DNA from: Actinomycetota bacterium
GTDB lineage: Bacteria; Actinomycetota; Actinomycetes; Nanopelagicales; Nanopelagicaceae
Assembly: GCA_005789205.1 (NCBI GenBank)
Contig: SXYM01000011.1
Coordinates: forward strand, 1-57,867
DNA length: 57,867 nucleotides
Direction of reading: 5' to 3'
The notes beneath the pieces are model-generated. The model did no database searches, had not been told where the DNA came from, and worked only from the letters and a program-made list of their open reading frames with translations. The translations under genes and the position numbers were made by a program. Of this stretch, positions 39,630 to 48,690 are shown piece after piece (position 1 is the first letter of the stretch; every line of letters starts with the position of its first letter).

Positions 39630-40573
39630 GTTTTTATGGTTTAGTCGATGGTACTGAAGCCTCCCTAAAAAAATATTTAGGTTCGCTATCGGGAGTTGAC
39701 CAAGTTGGTGCAGATGCTCGTGCAGCAATGCTTAGTACTCGCAGCATTAAGACAACTTCTAAGCGCTGGGCAATCGACACTGCAATCACCATGGTGGATC
39801 TAACAACTTTAGAAGGAGCAGATACTCCAGGAAAAGTTAAAGCTCTGTGCACAAAAGCTGTTCGTCCTGATCCAACAGATCCATCGGTCCCAAGTGTTGG
39901 CGCAGTGTGTGTTTATAACGATATGGTTGAAATTGCCCGTACACATTTAGATCTTATTGGTGGCCAACATGTTGGCGTAGCAGCGGTTTCGACCGCTTTT
40001 CCTTCTGGTCGTGCATCAATGGCAGTAAAGATTCAGGACACAAAAGATGCCATCGAGGCTGGTGCATCTGAAATTGATATGGTGATTGATAGAGGCGCAT
40101 TTCTCTCAGGTCAATACATCGAAGTCTTTGATGAGATTGTAAAGATTCGTGAAGTTTGTGGTTCTAAGGCACATTTGAAAGTTATCTTTGAAACAGGCGA
40201 GCTTGTTACTTACGACAATGTTCGAAAAGCTTCATTCTTGGCGATGGCTGCTGGAGCAGATTTCATTAAAACTTCTACAGGCAAAGTGGCACCAGCTGCT
40301 ACTGCCTCTGTTGTTCTGGTGATGCTTGAAGCGGTGAGAGATTTTTATGCAATGACCCAGGTACGAATTGGCGTTAAACCAGCCGGTGGTATCAGAAACA
40401 CAAAAGATGCCATTAAGCAGCTAGTACTAGTTAATGAGACCGCAGGACCAGAGTGGCTCAAGCCTTCACTATTTCGTATCGGTGCAAGTGCTCTGCTTAA
40501 TGATTTGTTAATGCAACGCATGAAAATAGATGATGGCTACTACGCTAGCCCTCAGTACGTGACGATCGACTAA
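39626..40573 (+). CDS. deoC: deoxyribose-phosphate aldolase
   Basis: DLTTLEG.DT, AFPSG, EIDMVI, LKVIFETGEL, FIKTSTGK, KPAGG, FRIGAS. Confidence 0.95.
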   Translation: MSFYGLVDGTEASLKKYLGSLSGVDQVGADARAAMLSTRSIKTTSKRWAIDTAITMVDLTTLEGADTPGKVKALCTKAVRPDPTDPSVPSVGAVCVYNDMVEIARTHLDLIGGQHVGVAAVSTAFPSGRASMAVKIQDTKDAIEAGASEIDMVIDRGAFLSGQYIEVFDEIVKIREVCGSKAHLKVIFETGELVTYDNVRKASFLAMAAGADFIKTSTGKVAPAATASVVLVMLEAVRDFYAMTQVRIGVKPAGGIRNTKDAIKQLVLVNETAGPEWLKPSLFRIGASALLNDLLMQRMKIDDGYYASPQYVTID

Positions 40574-42024
40574 TGGAGGAAAAATTGTCTTTTGAATACG
40601 CGCCGGCTCCAGAGTCGCGCGCCCTCGTTACGATCAAGCCTAAGTATGGCCACTTTATCGGTGGAAAGTTTGTTGCAGGAAGTAAGCACTTCCCTACAAT
40701 CAACCCAGCAACTGAAGAAGTTCTCTCTCAAATTTCATTAGCCGGAAAAACTGATGTCGATGCTGCTGTAAAAGCTGCACGCAAGGCATACACAATTACT
40801 TGGTCAAAAATGTCTGGCAAAGAGCGTGGGAAGTACCTATTTCGCATCGCCCGCATCATGCAAGAGCACTCACGTGAATTTGCAGTTCTTGAGACCCTAG
40901 ATAACGGTAAGCCAATTCGTGAATCACGCGATGTTGATATTCCTCTTGCCGCTGCACACTTCTTTTATCACGCAGGCTGGGCAGACAAGCTTGAATATGC
41001 AGGTCTTGGAACAACACCTAAAGCTCATGGTGTTGCAGGACAAATTATTCCTTGGAACTTTCCATTACTGATGTTGGCGTGGAAGGTCGCACCTGCACTT
41101 GCTGCCGGAAACACTGTTGTATTAAAGCCAGCAGAAACAACTTCACTCACCGCACTTTTGTTTGCCGAAGTATGCCAACAGGCAGAACTTCCTGCAGGTG
41201 TTGTAAATATCGTAACTGGTGATGGTTCAACTGGTGCACTTATTGTTAATCACCCAGGTATCGACAAGATTGCATTTACTGGTTCAACAGAGGTTGGCAA
41301 GATCATCGCTCGAGCTGTTGCTCCAACTAATAAGAGTGTGACTTTAGAACTTGGCGGAAAAGCTGCCAATATTATCTTTGAAGATGCAGCAATTGATGAG
41401 AGCATAGAAGGTATTGTTAATGGAATTTTCTTTAATCAAGGCCATGTCTGCTGTGCTGGTTCACGCTTAATCCTTCAAGAGAGTGTTGCTGAAGAAGTTA
41501 TTGAGAAGCTAAAAAATAGAATGGCTAAAATCCGTGTTGGTGATCCGATGGATAAAAACACTGATTTAGGTGCAATAAATAGCAATGACCAACTACTAAA
41601 AATTCGAGAGTTATCAGCTGCCGGAGATACTGAAGGTGCGCAGCGCTGGAGTGCGCCCTGTGAGCTACCAGGCAAGGGCTTCTGGTTTGCACCAACAATC
41701 TTCACAGGTGTTACTCAAGCCCACCGAATTGCCCGTGAAGAGATCTTTGGTCCAGTGCTTTCTGTATTAACTTTTAGAACCCCTCAAGAGGCTATCGATA
41801 AAGCCAATAACACTCCTTTTGGACTCTCTGCCGGTATCTGGAGTGAAAAGGGATCCAAGGTCTTATGGGCATCCCAACAACTTCGTGCTGGTGTGATCTG
41901 GACTAATACCTTCAATAAATTTGATCCTACTTCCCCATTTGGTGGATACAAGGAATCTGGTTGGGGTCGTGAAGGTGGACGACATGGTTTATCTGCATAT
42001 TTGAAGGGGGTCTCACATGAGTAA
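40573..42024 (+). CDS. aldehyde dehydrogenase, catalytic subunit (likely acetaldehyde from DeoC)
   Basis: IIPWNFP, KPAE, FTGST, LELGGK, catalytic Cys in GHVCCAG, EEIFGP. Confidence 0.93.
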   Translation: MEEKLSFEYAPAPESRALVTIKPKYGHFIGGKFVAGSKHFPTINPATEEVLSQISLAGKTDVDAAVKAARKAYTITWSKMSGKERGKYLFRIARIMQEHSREFAVLETLDNGKPIRESRDVDIPLAAAHFFYHAGWADKLEYAGLGTTPKAHGVAGQIIPWNFPLLMLAWKVAPALAAGNTVVLKPAETTSLTALLFAEVCQQAELPAGVVNIVTGDGSTGALIVNHPGIDKIAFTGSTEVGKIIARAVAPTNKSVTLELGGKAANIIFEDAAIDESIEGIVNGIFFNQGHVCCAGSRLILQESVAEEVIEKLKNRMAKIRVGDPMDKNTDLGAINSNDQLLKIRELSAAGDTEGAQRWSAPCELPGKGFWFAPTIFTGVTQAHRIAREEIFGPVLSVLTFRTPQEAIDKANNTPFGLSAGIWSEKGSKVLWASQQLRAGVIWTNTFNKFDPTSPFGGYKESGWGREGGRHGLSAYLKGVSHE

Positions 42025-42859
42025 TCGAATTGATGTGAAGAAAACTTACAAACTATTTATTAATGGGGCGTTCCCACGCACAGAATCTGGCCGCACATAT
42101 GAAGTTAAGAACGCTAAAGGTGTCTTCATTGCAAACCCATGCCTAGCATCTCGTAAAGACTTAAAGGATGCAGTTGTAGCAGCTCGTGCAGCCCAACACG
42201 GATGGAACAAAGCTACTACATATAACAAAGGACAAATTCTTTACCGACTTGCAGAAATGCTTGAAGGTCGTCGTGCGCAGTTTGTAGATGAGATTGTCAC
42301 AGTCACTGGTGTATCAAAAGCAAAAGCTGAAAAAGAAGTTACAGATTCGGTGGATCGACTCGTTTGGTATGCAGGATGGACTGACAAGATTTCTTCACTT
42401 TCAGGTGCACTCAACCCTGTTGCTGGTCCTTATTACAACTTCACTATCCCAGAGAGCATGGGCGTAATTGCGGCGATTGCTCCAGAGACACCGTCTTTGC
42501 TCGGTTTAATTGATTCAATTGCGCCAATCATTGTTGGTGGCAACACTGTGGTTGTGCTTGCTAGTACTAAAGCTCCACTTTCTGCCATGAGCTTTGCTGA
42601 AGTTATTGCTACAAGTGATGTTCCAGCCGGTGTAATTAACATTTTGACTGGAAAGAAAGATGAAATAACCCCTTGGATGGCTTCACACATGGATATAGAT
42701 GGCTTAGATATCTCTGGTTTAGGTGCTAAAAAACATTCAGACGTTAAAACATCTGGCTCTGAAAATCTGAAAAGAATCTATAGCTTTAAGAGCGCTGATC
42801 CTGGACGCATTCTGGCATTCATGGAGAACAAGACGGTCTGGCACCCAATAGGGCTATAG
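42017..42859 (+). CDS. truncated, non-catalytic ALDH-like protein (Rossmann domain only)
   Basis: KLFINGAFPR.ESGR and YAGW.DK resemble the ALDH N-domain; no ELGGK motif or catalytic Cys; ends KTVWHPIG. Confidence 0.8.
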   Translation: MSNRIDVKKTYKLFINGAFPRTESGRTYEVKNAKGVFIANPCLASRKDLKDAVVAARAAQHGWNKATTYNKGQILYRLAEMLEGRRAQFVDEIVTVTGVSKAKAEKEVTDSVDRLVWYAGWTDKISSLSGALNPVAGPYYNFTIPESMGVIAAIAPETPSLLGLIDSIAPIIVGGNTVVVLASTKAPLSAMSFAEVIATSDVPAGVINILTGKKDEITPWMASHMDIDGLDISGLGAKKHSDVKTSGSENLKRIYSFKSADPGRILAFMENKTVWHPIGL

Positions 42860-43807
42860 CCAGCCTTTATCAACGGTTTTAAACCACAACTGCTCAACTG
42901 CTTCTACATCTAAATCTAGAACTACTCGGACTGCAGCAGAATCGGTTAAATCAATAGGTTCGATGGACTTTAGAAATGGTGCTCTGCGATCACAGATGGT
43001 TTGACCGCGCGCTGGGCCTTGGGATGTGTCGACAACAACGTCAAAGACTTCAGTTGTAAATAGCTCTGGGTGAATTACACATGCAACTGCCCCATAGTCA
43101 CCCAGAGTAATGGGAGAGACATGCAAGCGCTCAATAAATGCTTGAATTAACGTTGCGGCAAATTGAGGTGCTGGATCTGAGGATTTCAACAATTGTGCAG
43201 CGTTTTCACTTGTTGCACCTGGTCGCATAAAGACATCTAGTCCATACATAGTAATTGGAACACCACTTTGAAAAACAATTGCCGCAGCTTCCGGGTCATG
43301 CCAAACGTTAAATTCTGCTGCAGCTGTTGCATTACCAGCTGATGCTGATCCACCCATTAAAACAATTCGATGTAGTTTCTTGGCAGTTTCTGGAAATGCT
43401 CGCAAGAATAAAGCAATATTTGTAAGCGGTGCAATGGGAACAAGTGTTACTGGCTCTTTTGATTCTTCAATCAAATCGCGAAGGAGTTCAATGGCAGAGC
43501 GAGAATCAACTTTTCGATACGAGGGTGTAATCCCAAGGTCACCCATTCCATCTGAGCCATGCACATACTCTGCATACTCTGATGTACCGAGTAGCGGACG
43601 AACAGCACCTCTAGCAACAGGAATATCTCCAGCACCGGCTGCATCTAAAACTTTCAATGTGTTTGCAACGACCTGGTCGACATTAGTGTTGCCATCGACG
43701 CAGGTAACTCCAAGTAAGTTGATCGCTGGATGCATTGCGGCAAAAAGGACTGCAAAAGCATCATCCACGCCGGTATCAACATCAAGAATGATTGAAGTTT
43801 TTTCCAT
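42854..43807 (-). CDS. nucleoside hydrolase (IU-NH / Rih family)
   Basis: DVDTGVDDA Ca-binding motif, VHGSDG, PLTNIA, MGG, AEFNVWHDPEAA. Confidence 0.93.
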   Translation of the reverse strand: MEKTSIILDVDTGVDDAFAVLFAAMHPAINLLGVTCVDGNTNVDQVVANTLKVLDAAGAGDIPVARGAVRPLLGTSEYAEYVHGSDGMGDLGITPSYRKVDSRSAIELLRDLIEESKEPVTLVPIAPLTNIALFLRAFPETAKKLHRIVLMGGSASAGNATAAAEFNVWHDPEAAAIVFQSGVPITMYGLDVFMRPGATSENAAQLLKSSDPAPQFAATLIQAFIERLHVSPITLGDYGAVACVIHPELFTTEVFDVVVDTSQGPARGQTICDRRAPFLKSIEPIDLTDSAAVRVVLDLDVEAVEQLWFKTVDKGWL

Positions 43808-43825
43808 AAGCGATAGCCTAGCGGT
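43808..43825. promoter_or_regulatory. 18-bp bidirectional leaderless promoter (nucleoside hydrolase / ribokinase)
   Basis: CAT-aagcga-TAGCCTA-gcggt-ATG: plus-strand TAGCCT is 6 nt from ATG 43826; minus-strand TAGGCT is 7 nt from ATG 43807. Confidence 0.68.
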
Positions 43826-44722
43826 ATGAGCAAAGCAGTAATAGCTGTAGTTGGAAGCGCGATGATTGATTTAACTGCCTATGCCAAAGTTATTCCGGCT
43901 CCTGGGCAAACCTTAGAAGGTGAGCTTTTTACCACTGGTTTTGGGGGTAAAGGAGCCAACCAAGCCGTAATTGCTGCTCACTGCGGCGCGGAAGTTCACT
44001 TTGTTGGAAAGCTGGGTAAAGATTTATTCGGAGACTCAATTGCAGAAAATTTTAAAAAACTTAGTATTGATTCAGAATATGTAGAGCGTAGTGATACTCC
44101 AAATGGTGTGGCACATATCTGGGTCGATGCCAACGGCGAGAATCGAATCGTAATCATTCCGGGCGCAAATCATGAGATTGAATCTAAAAAGGCCACCAAA
44201 GCAATAGAGACAATCACAGACTTAGCAGTCGTAGTTGCACAGTGTGAGATAAAGCAAGAAGTAACTCTGGCTGCATTTTTTGCAGCAAAAAAACGTGGTT
44301 GTGTAACAATCTTGAATCCAGCACCATATCAACCCTTGAGTGAAGCACTCTTAGCGGTAACCGACTGGATAATTCCTAATGAAACCGAATTCAAAGAACT
44401 CTTCGGTCAGGACCCTGCAAGTAATGATGTACTAAAGAAATTTAGACCGGGTAAGAATTCAATTGTGACTTTAGGGTCAGAGGGTGCTGTTTTGATCACT
44501 TCCGATGGGAATATCACTCGAGTGAACGCCCCAAAGGTTAATGCAGTAGATACCACTGGTGCTGGTGATGCATTTGTTGGTGTTTTTGCTTTCGGCTTAG
44601 CAAGTGGAAAGAATCCAGAAGATGCGATGAAGTTAGGAATTAAAGTTGCTTCTATGAGTGTCACACGAAAAGGTGCGCAATCCTCATATCCTTCTCAGGC
44701 AGAGATTGAAACTCTTTCATAA
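43826..44722 (+). CDS. rbsK: ribokinase (PfkB family)
   Basis: GGKGANQA, GEN.I.IIPGAN, NPAP, PNETE, DTTGAGDAF. Confidence 0.92.
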   Translation: MSKAVIAVVGSAMIDLTAYAKVIPAPGQTLEGELFTTGFGGKGANQAVIAAHCGAEVHFVGKLGKDLFGDSIAENFKKLSIDSEYVERSDTPNGVAHIWVDANGENRIVIIPGANHEIESKKATKAIETITDLAVVVAQCEIKQEVTLAAFFAAKKRGCVTILNPAPYQPLSEALLAVTDWIIPNETEFKELFGQDPASNDVLKKFRPGKNSIVTLGSEGAVLITSDGNITRVNAPKVNAVDTTGAGDAFVGVFAFGLASGKNPEDAMKLGIKVASMSVTRKGAQSSYPSQAEIETLS

Positions 44723-45879
44723 CCCCGTAATACGAATGTAGGTCTGCGCACCGGATTGTAAGCTAATTGCATATTTGGATATTTCTCCCACAGCGCTGGA
44801 AGTGAGACGCTCATTTCTAGGCGAGCAAGAGGTGCGCCCAAGCAAAAATGAATTCCTGCCCCAAAACCAATGTGCGGGTTTGGATCACGAGTTAAATCCA
44901 TTTCATCAGCACGCTCAAACACTGCAGAATCACGATTTGCAGAACCAATAAGGGCCGCAATCTTCTGTCCCTGCTCTATTTTTACGCCTCCCACCTCGGT
45001 ATCAACTGTTGCTGTGCGCTCAAATAAGTGAAGTGGGGCATCAAATCTCATAAATTCTTCAAGAGCTGTTTCTGTTATTGCTCGTGAATTCTTTCGCAAT
45101 AAATCTACCTGGTCTGGTCTCTCAAGAACTGCAACCATTCCATTTCCAAAAGCATTCACACTTGCTTCATGCCCGGCATTGAGTAGAAGCACACAAGTTG
45201 CCACTAGTTCATGGGAGTTTAGCTTTTCGCCATTTTCTTCAACCATAGCTAAATCAGTAATCAGATCTTGACCCGGATTTTTCTTGCGGTGTTCAGCCAA
45301 AGAGCGCACATATTCAGCGAATTCGGCTGCTGCTTTTTTAGCTTCTATTTTGTACTGCTCGGATGGATTAACTTCATACATCTTCACGATTGATTGCGAC
45401 CAAGGACGAAGTAAATGCTCTTCAGACTCTGGAAAACCTAGCAAGTCTGCAATGATTTTCACAGGTAAGGGTTCTGCATAATCTGCAATCAAATCAAAGG
45501 TCATGCCTGATTTAACCTTCTCATCTATGACATCCAAAAGTTGGTGCGTGATGCGTTCAACGGCTGGTCGCATACCTTCAATCTTGTTTCGATTAAAAGC
45601 TTTTGCAACTAAAGAACGAAGACGTGTGTGCTTAGGCGGTTCGCTATCCAAAATCGAATCTGAGTGAAGCCAATTAAATGTCTCCCATTCAAAATCTGGC
45701 TTTTTATCTGTGAAAATACGGCCTAAAGATTTGTTTCTAAAGACATCATTTGCATCACTATGGCGAGCAGCTAAAAATATCTGCATTCCCTCATGCCAAA
45801 CAGGCTTGCCAAATTCGCGAAGTTCTTTTAACTGCTCGTATGGATCAGCGACAAAAGTAGGGTTATTGAAATCAATCAT
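44695..45879 (-). CDS. cytochrome P450 (CYP107P-like by motif resemblance)
   Basis: EPPKHTRLR, I-helix LLNAGHEAS, ExxR (EFMR), heme motif FGAGIHFCLG. Confidence 0.95.
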   Translation of the reverse strand: MIDFNNPTFVADPYEQLKELREFGKPVWHEGMQIFLAARHSDANDVFRNKSLGRIFTDKKPDFEWETFNWLHSDSILDSEPPKHTRLRSLVAKAFNRNKIEGMRPAVERITHQLLDVIDEKVKSGMTFDLIADYAEPLPVKIIADLLGFPESEEHLLRPWSQSIVKMYEVNPSEQYKIEAKKAAAEFAEYVRSLAEHRKKNPGQDLITDLAMVEENGEKLNSHELVATCVLLLNAGHEASVNAFGNGMVAVLERPDQVDLLRKNSRAITETALEEFMRFDAPLHLFERTATVDTEVGGVKIEQGQKIAALIGSANRDSAVFERADEMDLTRDPNPHIGFGAGIHFCLGAPLARLEMSVSLPALWEKYPNMQLAYNPVRRPTFVLRGYERVSISA

Positions 45880-46973
45880 TACTCAGCAGAGATTTTCGCA
45901 TAGCCAGGTTTGATGACCCCATCAATAATCTTTAGACGCTCTGGATATGGAATAAATGCGCTTTTCATCGCATTAATAGTGATGCGCTGTAGTTCTGCAA
46001 AGTCCCAACCAAAAGCTTTTACTGCTTCTTCCATCTCAAATGACATAGAAGTTTGGCTCATTAATCGATTATCTGTATTGAGTGTGACTCTAAAGCGCAA
46101 GCGGGCCAAGGCTCCGATTGGGTGCTCGGCATAACTCTTTGCCGCCCCTGTTTGAAGATTAGAAGTTGGGCATAGTTCAAGTGGAATTCTGCGATCGCGA
46201 ACGTAGGATGCTAGTTGACCTAACTTTGGTTCAGGGCCTGAGAAATCTATGTCATCGATGATTCGAACGCCATGACCTAAGCGCTCAGCACCACAGAGTT
46301 GAATTGCCTCCCAAATTGAAGGAAGTCCGTATGCCTCACCTGCATGGATTGTGAAGTGAGCATCTTCTTTGCGTAGATAGTCAAAAGTCTCTTTCTGATC
46401 ACTTGGTGGAAAACCATCTTCTGGACCAGCGATATCAAAGCCAACCACTCCTTTATCGCGATATTTAACCACTAACTCTGCAACTTCCTGAGAGAGTTTA
46501 TTTTGGCGCATGCCACATAGCAACGAGAAGACCTGAATCTCATGGCCTTCGGCTTTAGCCTCTGCCATTCCTTGTTTGTAACCTTCAGTTGTTGCATCAA
46601 CTACATCGGCCATTGACAAACCTTTTTCAGTAAAGAGTTCTGGTGCACCACGAACTTCAGCATAAACAACACCATCTCGTGCTAAATCTAATGCGCACTC
46701 TCGAGCAACTCGAATAATGTCTTCGCGTCGCTGCATGACTGCAATAGTGTGAGAAAAAGTTTCTAGATAGCGAACTAGTGAACCTGAATCACAAGATTCA
46801 CGGAACCATGTTGCAAGCTCAAGAGCATCATGAGTTGGAAGTGAGGTGTAACCAATTTCTTGTGCAATATCAATAATTGTTTGAGGCCGTAATCCGCCAT
46901 CTAAGTGATCATGTAGCAGTACTTTTGGGACGCGCTTAATCTGGGCTAGTGATGGTTTACTAGTTAGGCTCAC
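45879..46973 (-). CDS. add: adenosine deaminase
   Basis: [39 protein letters not shown]. Confidence 0.94.
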   Translation of the reverse strand: MSLTSKPSLAQIKRVPKVLLHDHLDGGLRPQTIIDIAQEIGYTSLPTHDALELATWFRESCDSGSLVRYLETFSHTIAVMQRREDIIRVARECALDLARDGVVYAEVRGAPELFTEKGLSMADVVDATTEGYKQGMAEAKAEGHEIQVFSLLCGMRQNKLSQEVAELVVKYRDKGVVGFDIAGPEDGFPPSDQKETFDYLRKEDAHFTIHAGEAYGLPSIWEAIQLCGAERLGHGVRIIDDIDFSGPEPKLGQLASYVRDRRIPLELCPTSNLQTGAAKSYAEHPIGALARLRFRVTLNTDNRLMSQTSMSFEMEEAVKAFGWDFAELQRITINAMKSAFIPYPERLKIIDGVIKPGYAKISAE

Positions 46974-46983
46974 CTTAAAGCTC

Positions 46984-48288
46984 TCAATCCGTAATTCGCT
47001 CGACTACTAGTGGCAATCTATCGATTTTTCCATTTTTTGGTAAATCACCGATAGTTACTGAATTAGTTAGTGATTCTTGCGCACGGGCAAAAGCTGCTGG
47101 CGTATCGGTGTGCAATGTGTAGAGCGGTGCTCCTGCGGCCACGATATCGCCTGGCTTTGCGTGAATTTCTATCCCAGCCCCAGCCTGAACTGCTTCGCCT
47201 TGGCGTGATCGGCCTGCACCTAAGCGCCAAGCAGCAAGTCCCACTTTCATTGCATCCATTGAAAGAATAGTTCCACTTGATTGAGCTGTAACAGTTAAAT
47301 TCTCTTTTGCTATTGGAAGTTTTGCATCAGGATCTCCACCTTGGAGGCTGATCATCTGGCGCCATACATCCATTGCTTTTCCATTTTTCAAAATATTAGC
47401 TGGATCAACTTTTGTAATTCCAACTGTTTCTAACATCTCTCGTGCAAGTAGAACAGTGAGCTCAACGATATCTGACGGACCACCACCTGCTAAAACTTCA
47501 ACTGACTCACGAACCTCTAAAGCATTTCCTGCAGTCAGTCCTAATGGAATATCCATAGCCGTGACAAGTGCAATTGTTTTAACGCCAGCACGTTTTCCAA
47601 GACCCACCATTACATGAGCTAACTCTTTTGCCTTTTGCGGCTCACTCATAAATGCACCAGCACCAGTCTTAACATCAAGTACTAGTGCACTCGTTCCTTC
47701 AGCAATCTTCTTACTCATAATCGATGATGCAATCAATGGAATCGCTTCTACCGTTGCTGTCACATCACGTAGTGCATATATCTTTTTATCTGCCGGAGCC
47801 AGCCCTGCTCCTGCTGCACAAATTACTGCTCCACAATCTTGCAAAACTTTAAGCATCTCTTCATTTGATAGTGAGGCTCGCCAACCAGGAATAGATTCCA
47901 ATTTATCTAGGGTTCCTCCTGTGTGGCCAAGACCTCGACCAGAAAGTTGTGGAACAGCAGCACCACAAGCAGCAACTAGTGGCGCTAGAGGCAATGTAAT
48001 TTTGTCTCCCACTCCACCTGTTGAGTGCTTATCCACTGTTGGTCGCGACAATGCTGACCAGCTCATGCGCTCACCGCTATTGATCATTGCATCGGTCCAA
48101 CGAGAAATTTCACGAGATTCCATGCCGTTAAGCAAGATTGCCATTAATAATGCAGACATTTGTTCATCGGCTACTGCGCCGCGGGTGTATGCCTCAATCA
48201 CCCAATCAATTTGTGGATCAGTTAATGCATGTCGATCACGTTTTGCAGCGATAACTTCGGCTGCTGAGAAAGCCTCAACCTGCGACAT
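46984..48288 (-). CDS. deoA: thymidine/pyrimidine-nucleoside phosphorylase
   Basis: [40 protein letters not shown]. Confidence 0.95.
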   Translation of the reverse strand: MSQVEAFSAAEVIAAKRDRHALTDPQIDWVIEAYTRGAVADEQMSALLMAILLNGMESREISRWTDAMINSGERMSWSALSRPTVDKHSTGGVGDKITLPLAPLVAACGAAVPQLSGRGLGHTGGTLDKLESIPGWRASLSNEEMLKVLQDCGAVICAAGAGLAPADKKIYALRDVTATVEAIPLIASSIMSKKIAEGTSALVLDVKTGAGAFMSEPQKAKELAHVMVGLGKRAGVKTIALVTAMDIPLGLTAGNALEVRESVEVLAGGGPSDIVELTVLLAREMLETVGITKVDPANILKNGKAMDVWRQMISLQGGDPDAKLPIAKENLTVTAQSSGTILSMDAMKVGLAAWRLGAGRSRQGEAVQAGAGIEIHAKPGDIVAAGAPLYTLHTDTPAAFARAQESLTNSVTIGDLPKNGKIDRLPLVVERITD

Positions 48289-48690
48289 TTAGCGCTCGTT
48301 GCGGTCTAAATCATCAGGACCAAAAGCCCAAGGCAACATTTCAGCCATTGTCTGAGGTCCATCATCGGTCATCAAGAGTGCATTCGATCCACCATGTTCA
48401 AACAGCAGTTGGCGACAACGTCCACATGGGGCCAAGTGATTTCCCTGTCCATCAACGCAGGAGATCGCAACTAAACGACCTCCACCTGTTGCAATGAGGT
48501 TTGAAACTAAACCGCACTCTGCACAAAGTCCTAAACCATAACTGGCATTTTCAACATTGCATCCAGAAACGATGCGTCCATCATCAACTAGAGCTGCCAC
48601 ACCAACAGGAAACTTAGAATATGGAGCATATGCCGTTTTCATTGCTGAAACTGCAGCAGTGTGTAACGCATCCCAATCTATGGCCATCAT
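48289..48690 (-). CDS. cdd: cytidine deaminase
   Basis: AYAPYS.FPVG, GCNVENASY, CAE, PCGRCRQ. Confidence 0.96.
   Translation of the reverse strand: MMAIDWDALHTAAVSAMKTAYAPYSKFPVGVAALVDDGRIVSGCNVENASYGLGLCAECGLVSNLIATGGGRLVAISCVDGQGNHLAPCGRCRQLLFEHGGSNALLMTDDGPQTMAEMLPWAFGPDDLDRNER

Noticed and set aside
42017-42859. Short ALDH as a pseudogene or frameshift product
   Set aside because: It has its own SD-like sequence and start, an intact frame and a proper C-terminal strand, and the upstream ALDH is already complete.
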